Below, one piece after another: positions 11,311 to 25,369 of a DNA stretch of 64,000 nucleotides. The translations under genes and the position numbers were made by a program. The stretch lies in contig CM022678.1 in the NCBI GenBank assembly GCA_012295275.1, forward strand, positions 19,282,001 to 19,346,000, read 5' to 3'. Source of the stretch: Chrysomallon squamiferum (lineage: Eukaryota > Animalia > Mollusca). The notes beneath the pieces are model-generated. The model saw only the letters and a program-made list of their open reading frames with translations. It searched no databases and was not told the origin of the DNA. Each line of letters opens with the position of its first letter. Position 1 is the stretch's first letter.

Positions 11311-13876
11311 CAGCACTGAGGAAAATTATATTTATGCCATCCAAGTCTTACTGTTCCCATCAAACCTTTCCAATATCGTAAATTTCTCTTTTATGTGTCA
11401 AGCAAAATTTTGAATGTGTTGTTTCGTTTGCGCATTTTACAATAGTACATATCACTGCATTGACCATGTATATTTATAGTTTGATGGTAACTTTGTATGC
11501 TTATTAGATTTAGCTATTTGGCGAACGTGATTAAACAAACTGAAACCACATGACTAATTTTCGTGCAGTTGGAAAAAGAAGAAGATAAACATGGGGTATC
11601 TGTGTATACTTGAAACAAACTGTTGGTGTTTTACTTATCGAGGCCAAACTAAAGGTCCACTCGACTTTCTGTATGAAGAGATTTCTTGTGGAGATGACGC
11701 TTCAGGGGTGAATTTTGCGGCGGGTGGGGGTGCTCTCAGTTGCACGGAAAGTTACCCCGGACAAAAATAACAACAACATACAACAACAACAACAGCAGGA
11801 ACAACAACAAGAACAACAATAATAATAGCATCAACAACAACAACAACAATAACAACAACAACAACAACAATAACAACAACAGGAACAACAACAAAAACAA
11901 CAACAATAAAAGCCATATAAGCAATGTTTTATAAGAAAAATACTGTTATATCATCGCATGGCAAAATTATAAACACAGTAATGACCGCATGTCCTTATTA
12001 TATATGTACATTTACAGATGTTATATTGCAGCTCATGAATGGGTTATTTGGAAGGATCCAGGCTGTCTGTTCGCTGTTAATATGTAAATGAAACGTGGAT
12101 CGTAATATCGACATTTTTATACTTTCAGCTTCCAGAGGTCTTCTCCTTCAAAACTACTTGCGTCTTCATCTTTTTCTTTTGTGGATTCGTTGTGAATAGC
12201 ATGCACATGATTAAAATATATTTTCTAATCAGCTCCAGTATATTTTATTTCACGTCAAGCAGGGCTTTCAAGGCTTCAACAACTTAGGTCAGGTACGTGT
12301 AAATGTAACGCTGACTCTCTGAGATGTTAAATTCTAAATAAAAACAAAAGTCAGTCTTATCTACATACTTCACGTGATCACTCAGTGTTAAGTAGTTTAC
12401 CATGAAACCATTAACCGTACCTGGCACAAAAGGTATGCTAACCAGATGTTACGATATCGATATATGAGTAATCATGTCATACAATATTTCTCTTCACAGT
12501 AAAGCTTTACGATTGAATTCTGTAAACGTATTTGTTATACACTAGAGAGGTATAAATAATTTCTATTAACTTCGGTAAAAATCCTTTATTAGCTACATGC
12601 TGAAAGATATTTCCAAATGTACTGTTTATTTATTAAATTAATGTCGGCTATTTACTTATTGTTATATGCGATTATTTATTTATTTGTTTCTGTTTTTATA
12701 TGTGTTAATAGTTGAATTAATTGGATAGGTTAAAAATGTTGCCACGTTGCCCATAGCAAACTTGTGTAATGTAATTTGTTTAATGTACATTTATGTGTAT
12801 TACTTCTAAGTTATCTCCCTTTCTGAGCGTGCAGATCGAGGATTGATGAGGCTAAGAGAAAAGTACGTGCGTCCTATTAAAGTGTGGTCTTCTTATCGTA
12901 ACGAAATTCTTTGTTACGTATTCAACATCTCAGTAATTCTGACTTGTGTTAAAAAATAATAGTTTATAATTTTATCTTTTGTCATTTTCCTTTTGAGCCT
13001 GTGGTATCTTTACTCTTTTATTTTTTTTAATTGTTTTTGTTTTATTTTATTTTTATTTTATTATTTATTGTACGATCTCTTTGTATATACTTTAACCAAA
13101 TTAAGCAATTGTTCAGTCCTCGGGAAATAAACACATGAAATTATCACATTTTATATTTTCATTGCACTTACAGAATCTGCATGTTAAGAGATTGTGTGCG
13201 TTCTCTATCATGAGACTAAACTCTGAATGTTTGAAATAAACCAGTAGATAAAGTAATACGCATGAGATGAATCAATAACGTTACAGTCAAATAGAAGTAT
13301 TATTTCTAAGTACTAGCATATACAAAAATACACCCACTTATTATTTGATAAATCTGGTTTGACCAAGCTGTAAATCTGAAATGAATTTTAAAAGAAAAAT
13401 GCAGTGAGAAATATTGGGACTGGAGAAGGGCAATAACTCTTATTGCATCTCGATGTTCCGTTGCAACCTGAATTCAAGTTTCTACTAAAAATATGAACAC
13501 CAGTGACAGTTATTTAAATTAGAGGGATATATATATATATTGTTGTTGTTTGCAGCTCATTCAAAATTAAATGAAAAGCAAATTATTTTGTCGCCAATAT
13601 TTATTACTCGTTTTTCAGTTATATTTAAGAAAAGTTAGTATAATGCATGCTGAAATAGAGCTTCATCTAAGCAAGAGAAATTAACGTTCAACATAAGTTT
13701 TATACTGCTTTTATTACTGAATGTTTCTCTATCTATTTTTCTAAAAGTGTGTGTGTGTGTGTGTGTGTGTGTTTTTTTTACATACATGTGTGAGAGAGAG
13801 AATAACGTGTTTATAAAAGTAAGCAGAAGAAAGTCACATCAAGGTGTCACAACAAATTCTAATTAATATTTCTCAC

Positions 13877-13945
13877 CACCAATCTTTAACCTGGCAAAAT
13901 CCGTGTCTAACGACGTTGTGCTTTGCTCGTTTTTCGAAAAGTTAT
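13877..13945 (-). pseudogene. Orphan exon-1 relic (also 19205-19252 on -, ~51145-51215 on +)
   Basis: QSTTSLDTDFARLKIG G|gtgaga plus intron-like flank resembling copies 1 and 2; no main exon follows. Confidence 0.6.
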
Positions 13946-14780
13946 GAAATCTTTTGCTAACCTTGTTTTCTAACTGTATTGAACATCATGCATTTAAAAA
14001 AGCCAGAGTTTAAACACGACACAATAGTAATAAAAAGAAATTTAAAATGACAGGAGAACAAAGAGTAAGAAATTGAAAGAATTTTAATTTTTAAGAATAT
14101 CATAATAAAATAAATAAATAAATAAATTCTTCTTTTCATCTGATAACACTGCGACTTCTAGCAGTTCTACAGTCATATTTAATTTTATAAGCCACTATGA
14201 ACTAACAGTATTGACCATTAGCAGCAGATGTTTAATAATATAGGAACAGAAACGATGTCTGAAATATGCAATAATGATAGCGAGTATGCAAGACATATAA
14301 TAAATATTTATAGAGCAGTTTCTTCTCTTTTCTTCTTTTTATTATATTGTTGTGGAAATGGATCTGCCTATGTTATTCACAGAGTAATTAACGAAATGAC
14401 AAGCATCAAAAAGGAAAAAACAATATTTGATTACCTAAATAGTACTTTTCATTAGGCATCAAAATCTTACTTCTTCCAAAAAGCTTTCCCATCAATTTGT
14501 GTTTTGTTTCCTTCTTATATATTTGTATATTGCAGTTCCTCATAGTTATACCTCTTCTATATCAATAAACGATTCGGGAATCAAAGTTATAATTTAATGG
14601 ACAAGTAATGAATAAAATATTAGCTAACTAAAAAGTATATGATCGGAATAACAAATCTTTAACAAAACTTACGCGTTCTGTCTGGATCTTCCTCACTTAA
14701 AATCTGACTGTCAGTGTTAATTAAACGAGTAAAATTACTACTTCACTTTTTCGGTTTAGTAAGAGGAAATAATGAATAGA

Positions 14781-14838
14781 GCGTTTCGTAGAAAAATCAT
14801 TAATGCGTTTCGTAGAAAAATCATTAATGCGTTTCGTC
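14781..14838 (+). repeat. 24-bp tandem repeat GCGTTTCGTAGAAAAATCATTAAT (x2.4; x3 at 20092-20161; inverted at ~50224-50295 and ~55600-55660)
   Basis: Direct reading; copy number differs between duplicates. Confidence 0.85.
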
Positions 14839-15601
14839 GAAACAGTTACACACAATTTCCCCGCTGTGTCAAGCTAATGTCATCGATGTAGACATGCGCT
14901 GTGCGTTGAGGATATTGATCTGATCGTGACTTGCCTCGTGTGTGGGTGCGTTCAATTAACATATTACTTTGGGAAGAGGCGCTCACGATAGTGAATTTTT
15001 TAGAAATGGTTACTTCGTGAGCTTTATGGTGGGGGTACATATACAGAAATCAACAATACAATCAGAACAAAATAAAACATTAAGGAAAGTAAAAATATCA
15101 GAGGCTCAAAAGGAACATTACAAAATATAAAATTATAAACAATTCATTTATAACCGATGCAAGTAAGAATTAATGAAATGTTAAATGCGTAATAATGAAT
15201 TCCATTACGGTAAGAAGAGCAGCCTCTGATAGGACACACCTGTTCCGTTACCTATCGAAACCACGATATCGTGTTTCAGTTCATTTGACAATAAAACATA
15301 TTCAGAATTTCACAATCGTGAAACTGAGGTATATTTTTGTACAAACTTAAATATTATTTTGCACGAAATTTAGCAATTTAGCGAACGTGACTAAGCAAAC
15401 TGAAAAGACGAATTAGTAATTTTCGTGGAATTAGAAAAATAAGATAAACGTTCGTTCAACGAATTTATTTTGTTTGTGTAACTAGATACTGAATTAATCA
15501 ACGCATTTAGAAACGTAATATGAAATAGAAAAAAAAAATAAAGCTAACTTTCTATATTTACATAATTTGGCTACGAATTTACGCGAAACTGATTAACAAA
15601 A

Positions 15602-15638
<37 letters not shown>

Positions 15639-18600
15639 TTTTTGCTGCATTATAGAACGTATATGAAAACATGAAATCAAATACATATTTATTTTCTATA
15701 TAATTTATCTATTAATTTTCTCGAACGTGTCTAAACAAAATGAAAACAAATGAGACTAATTTTTGTGGAATTAGAAATTAAACCGAAATATTCAGATCAA
15801 TGTTCAAATGAAACAGAACCTAACCAATACATAAAACATGTTTCTACTTTATATCTAATAACGATAGGACTCCCGAGATATTTATTATTTACTTTTACCA
15901 CACTATATGAGCTAAATGCATGGCTGCTGTCAGCCGATATATACTGATATTTGCTGTGTCAAATTAGGTCATGGAAATAGGTCATTGAAACACACCCGGA
16001 AGATATTAGTAATATTGAATAAGCCATTTACAGTAGAATTATCTTTTTCTATAACATGCAGAAACTGCACACGTCTAATGTTAGTGTCAGAGAACAATGA
16101 AACAAGTGACCTGTGTCTAGATTTCAAATTTAATAACGCAAAGATAAAATAATTAAAAGAAAAAATATTTGCCTTACCGATATCTAAATACTAATATTTA
16201 TTAGGCCGTCAAAATTTTACTGGTTCCAAAAACATCTACCATCGATTTACGTGTTTTTACCTTTTCTGAGCTAAGCTGAACTTTTAGTTAATTTGTTGTG
16301 TAATTTGCTTCCTGTGTATTTGTATATTACACATCGTTCTAGTTATAACTTTCATATGTTAGTCAACTATTCCTGAGTCATAATTTAATGGACAAGTAAT
16401 AAATGATATTACTTAAATATAAATATGATCGGAATAACAAATCTCAAATCAACTTACACGTTCTCGCTGGTTGTTCGTTACTCCAAATGTCACATAAACA
16501 ACTACCTTCTACTTTCCTTTTTAAATTCCACGAATCGTTTCAGTAAGGGGAGATAATCATTGTAAAAGCTATGTAAGAAATGTTTTCTAATAAGATAATG
16601 TTATGTGTAGGTTTAAATTTTAAATATAACGTGTTTATTTCGAAGGCGAGATCAAATTGATTATGTGGCTTTATTATTTATTATTTATTTATTTATTATT
16701 TTATTTGTTTCACTCTGTTCTAACATCCAGAAAAATGAACCGCATGCCATTTAAATCTTAGTGGTTCCAAGTAAGTTTCCAATTAAACTAAATTTTACTG
16801 GTGTCAAAAAGCTTTTCCATTGATTTAAGTGATCTCATCGTTACCGAGCTAAGCCGAATTTTTATTTGTGTTAATTTGTCGTGTTGATTGCTAAAAATAC
16901 TTGCAGTTATATCTCTTGTATCTAAGGACTAATCTCGAAGCTCATTTATATTTTAATGCTAATTTAATGCATTTTTTTTATAATAGTACATAATCTATAC
17001 ATTAATTTTCGTGCAGTTAGAAAAAAAGAAAGATAAACATTGTGTGTTTATGTATATTTGAATAAACTGCTGAAAGTGTTCTTATTCAGGTCAAACTAAA
17101 GGTCCACACGTCTGTGTGTACGAAGTGGTTTCGTTATGTGGATTCGCTTCAGGGGCGGATTATGTTTTCTTTTTTCTTTTTTTTCAATTGCACAGAAGCT
17201 TGTCACGGCTAATAACAACAACAACAATAAAAGCCATATAAGCAATGTTTTTTAAGAAAAATATTGTTATATCATCGCATGGCAAAATTATAAACACAGT
17301 AATGACCGCATGTCCTTATTATATATGTACATTTACAAATGTCATATTGCAACTCATGAATGAGTTATTTGAAAGGAACCAGGCTGTCTGTTCGTTGTTA
17401 ATATGTAAATGAAACGTAGATCGTAATATCGACATTTTTGTACTTTCAGCTTCCAGAGGTCTTCTCCTTCAAAACTACTTGCGTCTTCATCTTTTTCTTT
17501 TGTGGATTCGTTGTGAATAGCATGCACATGATTACAATATATTTTCTAATCAGCTCCAATATATTTTATTTCACGTCAAGCAGGGCTTTCAAGACTTCAA
17601 CAACTTAGGTCGGGTACGTCTAAATGTAACGCTGACTCTCTGAGAAGTTAAATTCTAAATAAAAACAAAAGTCAGTCTTATCTACATACTTCACGTGATC
17701 ACTCAGTGTTAAGTAGTTTACCATGAAACCATTAACCGTACCTGGCACAAAACGTATGCTAACCAGATGTTACGAGATAGATATATGAGTAATCATGTCA
17801 CACAGTATTTCTCTTCACAGTAAAGCTTTACGATTGAATTCTGTAAACGTATTTGTTATACACTAGAGAGGTATAAATAATTTCTATTAACTTCGGTAAA
17901 AATCCTTTATTAGCTACATGCTGAAAGATATTTCCAAATGTACTGTTTATTTATTAAATTAATGTCGGCTATTTACTTATTGTTATATGCGATTATTTAT
18001 TTATTTGTTTCTGTTTTTATATGTGTTAATAGTTGAATTAATTGGATAGGTTAAAAATGTTTCCACGTTGCCCGTAGCAAACTTGTGTAATGTAATTTGT
18101 TTAATGTACATTTATGTGTATAACTTCTAAGTTATCGACCTTTCTTTGCATGCAGATCGTGGATTGGTGAGGCTAAGAGAAAAATACGTGCGTCCTATCA
18201 AAGTGTGGTCTTCTTATCGTAACGAAATTCTTTGTTACGTATTCAACATCTCAGTAATTCTGACTTGTGTTAAAAAATAATTGTTTATAATTTTATCTTT
18301 TGTCATTTTCCTTTTGAGCCTGTGGTATCTTTACTCTTTTATTTTTTTTAATTGTTTTTGTTTTATTTTATTTTTATTTTATTATTTATTGTACGATCTC
18401 TTTGTATATACTTTAACCAAATTAAGCAATTGTTCAGTCCTCGGGAAATAAACACATGAAATTATCACATTTTATATTTTCATTGCACTTACAGAATCTG
18501 CATGTTAAGAGATTGTGTGCGTTCTCTATCATGAGACTAAACTCTGAATGTTTGAAATAAACCAGTAGATAAAGTAATATGCATGAGATGAATCAATAAC

Positions 18601-20316
18601 GTTATAGTCAACTAGAAGTATTATTTCTAAGTACTAGCATATACAAAAATACACCCACTTATTATTTGATAAATCTGGTTTGACCAAGCTGTAAATCTGA
18701 AATGAATTTTAAAGAAGAATGCAGTGAGAAATATTGGGACTGGAGAAGGGCAATAACTCTTATTACATCTCGATGTTCCGTTGCAACCTGAATTCAAGTT
18801 TCTACTAAAAATATGAACACCAGTAACAGTTATTTAAATTAGAGGGATATATATATATATTGTTGTTGTTTGCAGCTCATTCAAAATTAAATGAAAAGCA
18901 AATTATTTTGTCGCCAATATTTATTACTCGTTTTTCAGTTATATTTAAGAAAAGTTATTATAATGCATGCTGAAATAGAGCTTCATCTAAGCAAGAGAAA
19001 TTAACGTTCAACATAAGTTTTATACTGCTTTTATTATTGAATGTTTCTCTATCTATTTTTCTAAAAGTGTGTGTGTGTGTGTGTGTGTGTGTGTTTATTT
19101 ACATACATGTTAGAGAGAGAGAATAACGTGTTTATAAAAGTAAGCAGAAGAAAGTCACATCAAGGTGTAATGATACAAAACAAATTCCAATTAATATTTC
19201 TCACCACCAATCTTTAACGACGTTGTGCTTTGCTCGTTTTTCGAAAAGTTATGAAATCTTTTCCTAACCTTGTTTTCTATCTGTATTGAACATCAGAGTT
19301 TAAAGACGACACAATAGTAATAAATCGAAATTTAAAATGGCAGGAGAACAAAGAGTAAGAAATTGAAATAATTTTCTTTTTTAAGAATGTTATAATAAAA
19401 TAAATAAATTAATTAATTAATTAATTAATAAATAAATTCTTCTTTTCATCTGATAACACTGCGACTTCTAGCACTTCTACAGTCATATTTAATTTTATAA
19501 GCCACTATGAACTAACAGTATTGACCATTAGCAGCAGATGTTTAATAATATACAAACAGAAACGATGTCTGAAATATGCAATAATGATAGCGAGTATGCA
19601 AGACATATAATAAATATTTATAGAGCAGTTTCTTCTCTTTTCTTCTTTTTATTATATTGTTGTGGAATTGGATCTGCCTATGTTATTCACGGAGTAATTA
19701 ACCAAATGACAATCATCAAAAAGGAAAAAAACAATATTTGATTACCTAAATAGTACTTTTCATTAGGCATCAAAATCTTACTTCTTCCAAAAAGCTTTCC
19801 CATCAATTTGTGTTTTGTTTCCTTCTTATATATTTGTATATTGCAGTTCCTCATAGTTATACCTCTTCTATATCAATAAACGATTCGGGAATCAAAGTTA
19901 TAATTTAATGGACAAGTAATGAATAAAATATTAGCTAACTAAAAAGTGTATGATCGGAATAACAAATCTTGAACAAAACTTACACGTTCTGTCTGGATCT
20001 TCCTCACTTAAAACTTGACTGTCAGTGTTAATTAAACGGGTAAAATTTCTACTTCACTTTTTCGGTTTAGTAAGAGGAAATAATGAATAGAGCGTTTCGT
20101 AGAAAAATCATTAATGCGTTTCGTAGAAAAATCATTAATGCGTTTTGTAGAAAAATCATTACACACAATTTCCCCGCTGTGTCAAGCTAATGTCATCGAT
20201 GTAGACATGCGCTGTGCGTTGAGGATATTGATCTGATCGTGACTTGCCTCGTGTGTGGGTGCGTTCAATTAACATATTACTTTGGGAAGAGGCGCTCACG
20301 ACTGTGAATTTTTTAG

Positions 20317-20990
20317 TATACAAAATGCTGACTAGCGGTAAGACACGGCTAATAATCAATTCTTATAAGTACTGTGAAGCGAATCCTAGCGAGAAAAAAT
20401 GTCAGACGGCAGAGAGATTCATGATTACCCGCATAGCAATAAACGACATTTTGAAGAACAAATCTAAAGTGATCTACATCAGCGAGAAGTGTGAGAGGCC
20501 CGATTCAAGAAAAGGCGGGATGAAACGCATCAAGCACGTCACGTTCCAAGTAGTCGACTCCGCGGTAACTATGTGGTTTCAACAAATGTCTGCTAGACCT
20601 GAAATTTGCATCAATGGAGAAATGATACTTCACAAAGCACGAGGATGGTGAGAAACTGAAGGACAGTTGGAAAAGTGCTGAAAGCGGGTGAATCTGGCGG
20701 TGTTAATACAGCAGTAGTTGAAGAATGGAAAACAGAGTAACTCAAGGACATTCTCCAGAGACACGAACGACAGGACATTATAATGACACCGATGAAGGAT
20801 TAACTTGACTGCTTCAGAGAACACGCTAGGACAAGTCGTCATTTTGCCGACCGACATTTAAACGTAGTCGTTGTGACGAGTTAAGTGTAAGTTTCCGTTA
20901 TGACGACTTACCATTACTCGTCATATCTCTAAGTCGTCAGAAAAATATTGGTCCCGAAAGAGACAATTTAGGCCGGTTTTACTCTATAAA
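20317..20990 (+). mobile_element. Tigger/pogo-family DNA transposon relic (CENP-B-like HTH, internally deleted)
   Basis: ORF 20244..20651: ...AINDILKNK...KRIKHVTFQVVDSAVTMWFQQM...INGEMILHKA; a following frame gives GESGGVNTAVVEEWK; 3' end ccggttttactcta resembles a pogo-type CAGTAAAACC TIR. Confidence 0.75.
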
Positions 20991-22299
20991 CCTTTTCAGT
21001 TCTATTTCACTAGCCTACTCGTCAAATTTATTTATATGTTAAAGCTAACTCAAATAGTATTTTCGACGAAATTTAGCTATTTAGCGAATGTGACTGGAAA
21101 CACCCATTAGTAATTTTAGTGAAATTGGAAAAATAAGTTAGACATTCGTGTAAATAGAGGATAGTTTAATGTAATATGAAATACCTATTTTATTTATATA
21201 TATGTATATATATATATATACTGTTAGTGTTCGCGAACGGATTAAACAAAGTGATAACACACATGACTAAAGTTCCACCAATTATAACAATAAAATATAT
21301 ATATATATATATATATTCGGATCAGTGCATGCATTTAGAATTGTCATGTCTACTGAAGAAAAAAAAAATTAAACTAGTGTTTCGACCGTTTTAGTTCCTT
21401 TAAGTTTCGTTCTCATGAATTAATTCCTAGCTTATACATAACCTATATTTCTATGTTTTAATCTAACAACTGCAGCACTCTCAAGAGTTTTACATGTTAT
21501 TGACTTTTATCAGCATATGTGAATTAAAAATATGAGAGATAACAGCCGATATATAACAATACAGAAACGCAAACGAGTGTGTGAAGTTATGTCGTTGAAT
21601 CAGTCGATTATTTAACAATACAGAAAGAGAAACAGCTGTGTGAAATTATGTCATTGGAATGTGTGAGAAATGCAGCGAGTAAAGCGACTAGTAAAGCGAT
21701 TTAGAAAGCAGTTTGTAGAGTGATTTTGTTTCTTTCTCTATTTGTATTAATTTGAGTTACCACAGCTATGTAATGTTTGAGTCACAGAATAATCAACGAA
21801 TTGACTGGCTTCAAAATTTTAACATTAATAATACAAGAAATGAAATTATAATTAAACTAACTGACGAAATAAATAAATAAATAACTAAAAAAAAGGACGT
21901 CTTACTCCTACTTTTATATAAATACTAATTTTTATTAGGCGATCAAAATCTTACGGGTTTCAGAACATTTTCCCATCGATTTACCTTTTCTGAGCTAAGC
22001 TTAATATTTAGTTAATTAGCTGTGTTATTTGCTTGATGGTTGTTTTTATATTACACTTCCTTGCAGTTATTACTTACGTATCAGTTGACTGTTATGCATC
22101 ATAGTTTAATGGACAGATAATGAATGGTATTAGAGAAAGGATTGTGAAGCTAGAATTTTGTTGCTGTTATTCTTTTTTCTTTTTAATTTCAATTATGTTC
22201 AGATTATTATTTTAGTGATTTATGATTAGCTGGAATCGTTGGTAAGAGGGAAACTAATTTAACATCAGGTAAGACATTAGGCAAAATAAAGGAAATAAT

Positions 22300-23890
22300 T
22301 TTATCCCAGAAGTTTTAGGTGATAGGTATCAAATGAAGAAAGTGAGATTGTCCGAGAGATAGATGTAAATGAGTTGAGTGTGGAGCAACAGTTAGCCTTT
22401 AAGAAACTGGAATACGAAAGAGAAGAACGTGCATTTGACAGAGAGACAGAAAGAGACTGAAGAGAGAGAAAGAGACAGAAGACAGAGAAAGACACTGAAG
22501 ATTGTGACGAGAAAGATAAGAGAGGGTGTTAGAGAGGGAACATTAGTTAAAGTTGAAAGCCGAATTGTCTAGGCGTCGGGCAAGAGAAAGTAGTGAGGCA
22601 GGTAATAAGCATTTCAACACGTCTGAGGCTTGTAGATCAGTGTGTGTATTGGAAGACCCAGAGGTAGATATGTTCTTCCTACAGTCTGAACGGGTCGCCA
22701 AACAGAGAAATTGTCCACTGTCTAAATGGATATTGTTAGCTGTGTGGAAATTTAAGGGAAAGGCTAGCTTAGCCTATAACTCAGTGAGTGATGAGAGGGC
22801 TACCCAGTATGAACTAGTAAAGTCTGCAGTGTTACGGGCGTATGAGTTGAGACCTGAGGATTATCGTTTACGGTATAGCGAATTAAAGAAAACACAGGGT
22901 CAGTCTTATAGCGGCGAAAACCCAGGACTGTTTGACAAATAGGTGGCTTCTCATCAGATTCAGTCATATTTAGTCCTATGGAAATTTTTCATTTAACAGG
23001 ACACCACAAAAGGCTAACCAGTTAGCTTACATATTCATCTAGAAAAACGACAGAGGATGCAGGCACGGCTCTGGCAGTACAGTTACGTGCTTAACTAGAC
23101 TTTTACCAGAACGAAAGTCACTGCACCTGTGGTAGCTAGTGCGCTGTTTAAATACTTCACGTATTCGGGATTACCAGGTGAACTTCAAAGCGGCCGAGCA
23201 AGTTTAGAGCAGGTTAATCCAGCAGGTTCTGGCTACGTTAAATGTACGGCACATTCGTTCATAGTCGTTCCAGCCCGAGAGCCAGGGCGGAAAAGAACCT
23301 CTCCACCGCTGCCATTGTTTAGACAATTATGCTTACTGGAACCAGCCAGTTCCTTTCGTGTTGTTCACGAGATTCGAAGCAAGACTCTTTAGGATTCACA
23401 CCATTTGAACTGGTCTATGGGCATTCAGCACAAACTGATAACACAATTGGTTAGACGAGGCTAATTGAAAAAGGGAGATAACAGTTATCGAAGTTGTGCT
23501 GACCTACGCCCTGTGAATCAACTCATCAAGGCAGATGCTTACCCTCTACCCCGCCTTGACGATTGCATTGATCGGATCGGACATGCTAAATTCATCAGCA
23601 AATTGGACTTACTGAAGAGTTATTACACCATTCGGTTTACTGAGAAAGCTAAAAACATTCTGGCGATCATCACTCTAGATAACCTCTTCCAGTTTCGAGT
23701 GTTGCCGTTTGGCTTGAGGACGGCCTCTGCGGCCTTTCTAAGGATGATGAACCATGTTAGCAGACCTAGAAGATGTGGTGACTGAGGGCAACACTTGGGA
23801 GGAACATTTAACCCGGTTGCGACAGATATTCAGTCTACAGAAAACTAACCTGACTGTGAACCTGAGCAAATGTGAGTTCATTAAAGCATC
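22300..23890 (+). mobile_element. Ty3/Gypsy LTR retrotransposon relic, Gmr1-like order gag-INT-RT, heavily deleted
   Basis: gag 22553-22942 (ERVA...W...GKA..AY...Y.LVK.AVLRAYELRPEDYR); integrase pieces ~23110-23425 (VASALFKYF..GLPGELQS, FQPESQG, PFVLF, LGFTPFELVYGH); RT 23465-23880 (YPLPRLDDCID, KLDLLKSYY, LPFGL, WEEHL, NLSKCEF); YxDD lost; no LTRs recognised. Confidence 0.85.
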
Positions 23891-24185
23891 AAAAATACTG
23901 ATGTAGTCAAGCGAGAAAGAAGAAACCTGTTGAATGAGCGGCCTTGATTATCCGTCATTTATTTATTTATTTATTTATTTATTGATTTATGTATTTATTT
24001 ATTTATAGCAAAATATATAAACAAACTAATTAATTTGATTTAATTTAAAAGAAGAAAACAATTAAATACATTCCATAGCAGCAGCAGCAACAACAACAAC
24101 AACAAAAAGAAGGAAAAAATGAAGAAGAAAATGAAAAAAATAATAATCAGAGGAGGATGATAATGATATTATGATGATGATGGTG

Positions 24186-24240
<55 letters not shown>

Positions 24241-25369
24241 CATTATTTTCGCTTGTCATTAAAACATACAATTCTACTCAATAAATAATAAATATTTTCG
24301 AATGTATTCATTAATCCAATTGTTATTTTATTGCGATCAACACAGATATTTTTCTCATTTTCATAATTGTTGTTATAGTTGCATAATTTCTACCGTTTAA
24401 ATAATCTTCATTTTCCAGTTGCTCAATTCTGTTAATTATTTTGAATTGCGTTGAACATTAGTATAAAAAGAAAACTAACTTGTTGCTACTGTGTCGTTAC
24501 TATCACTGCTGCTGCTGCTGCTATTTTTTACTGTTGCTGTTGTTATTGTTGTTGTTGTTGTTACTAGTAGTAGTAAGAAGAATAGTTTTTGTTTTACGAC
24601 TGTCCACACAGAGCAGATAAAACGAAGGATCTGAAAGGGAGATAATCTATGTCTCGTAAGTAAGATCGTACTAATTTCATAAAGATTTTCTGCGGAAATA
24701 TTGAACAAAAGAATGAATATTTTAATGAATAAACGAATTAATTAAAAAATAAATAATTGGTTTAATTAATAAATGAATTAATGAATAAGAAAGCCTCAAC
24801 TATTTTCAAATTAATGGTATCAAACCATTCCTCACTTTTCTGTCTTTCTTCATTTCTTTCTTCTTTTCTTTCTTCTTTTTTTTTTTCTTTATCTTAAATT
24901 AATTATTTGTTTTCAAATGTAGGATTGCTATCAAGAAAATTCGAAAGACCAAAATGCGAAACAAAAGTGAAAAAAAATGTTTTCAAAAAAGAATGTTTCT
25001 TACACCTGTGTTTTTTTTGTGTGTTTGTCTCTGCGTGTGCGTATGTCTTTTTCACTTTGTTTCGTTATTTATTTATTCATTCAGAGACAGAGAAAATGTT
25101 TGTCTTTATATAATATTGTTTAATCATAACACAAGACAAAAATCCCAATTTCTATCATGAAATGCGGAAAGTATTCTGTAATTATGTGTCTACATATGTC
25201 TTCGGGTGTTTCAATCGATCTGGCTAACTTCATCTGGCTATTTGTCTACTATTTATTTAATGCTGATCGATCGCATTGGTCGCTGAATTTAGATTTGTTC
25301 ATTTATAGCATATTCTTTTACTTACCTTTTCAGATCATCCGGATTTGAAAGTTGACTGGATAGTTGGTT

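Larger units (their letters stand above)
11900..20316. repeat. Direct tandem duplication, period ~5.31 kb (11900-15000 repeated at 17215-20316)
   Basis: Near-identical text and twin short ORFs at 14228/19538 and 14846/20159. Confidence 0.9.

Noticed and set aside
14781-14838. 24-bp repeats as a CRISPR array
   Set aside because: Head-to-tail with no spacers, no cas genes, eukaryotic context
14228-15040. Recurrent ORFs MFNNIGTET... and MYPHHKAHEV... in 3-4 copies
   Set aside because: Recurrence reflects recent segmental duplication; copies are frameshifted or interrupted and have no recognisable domain
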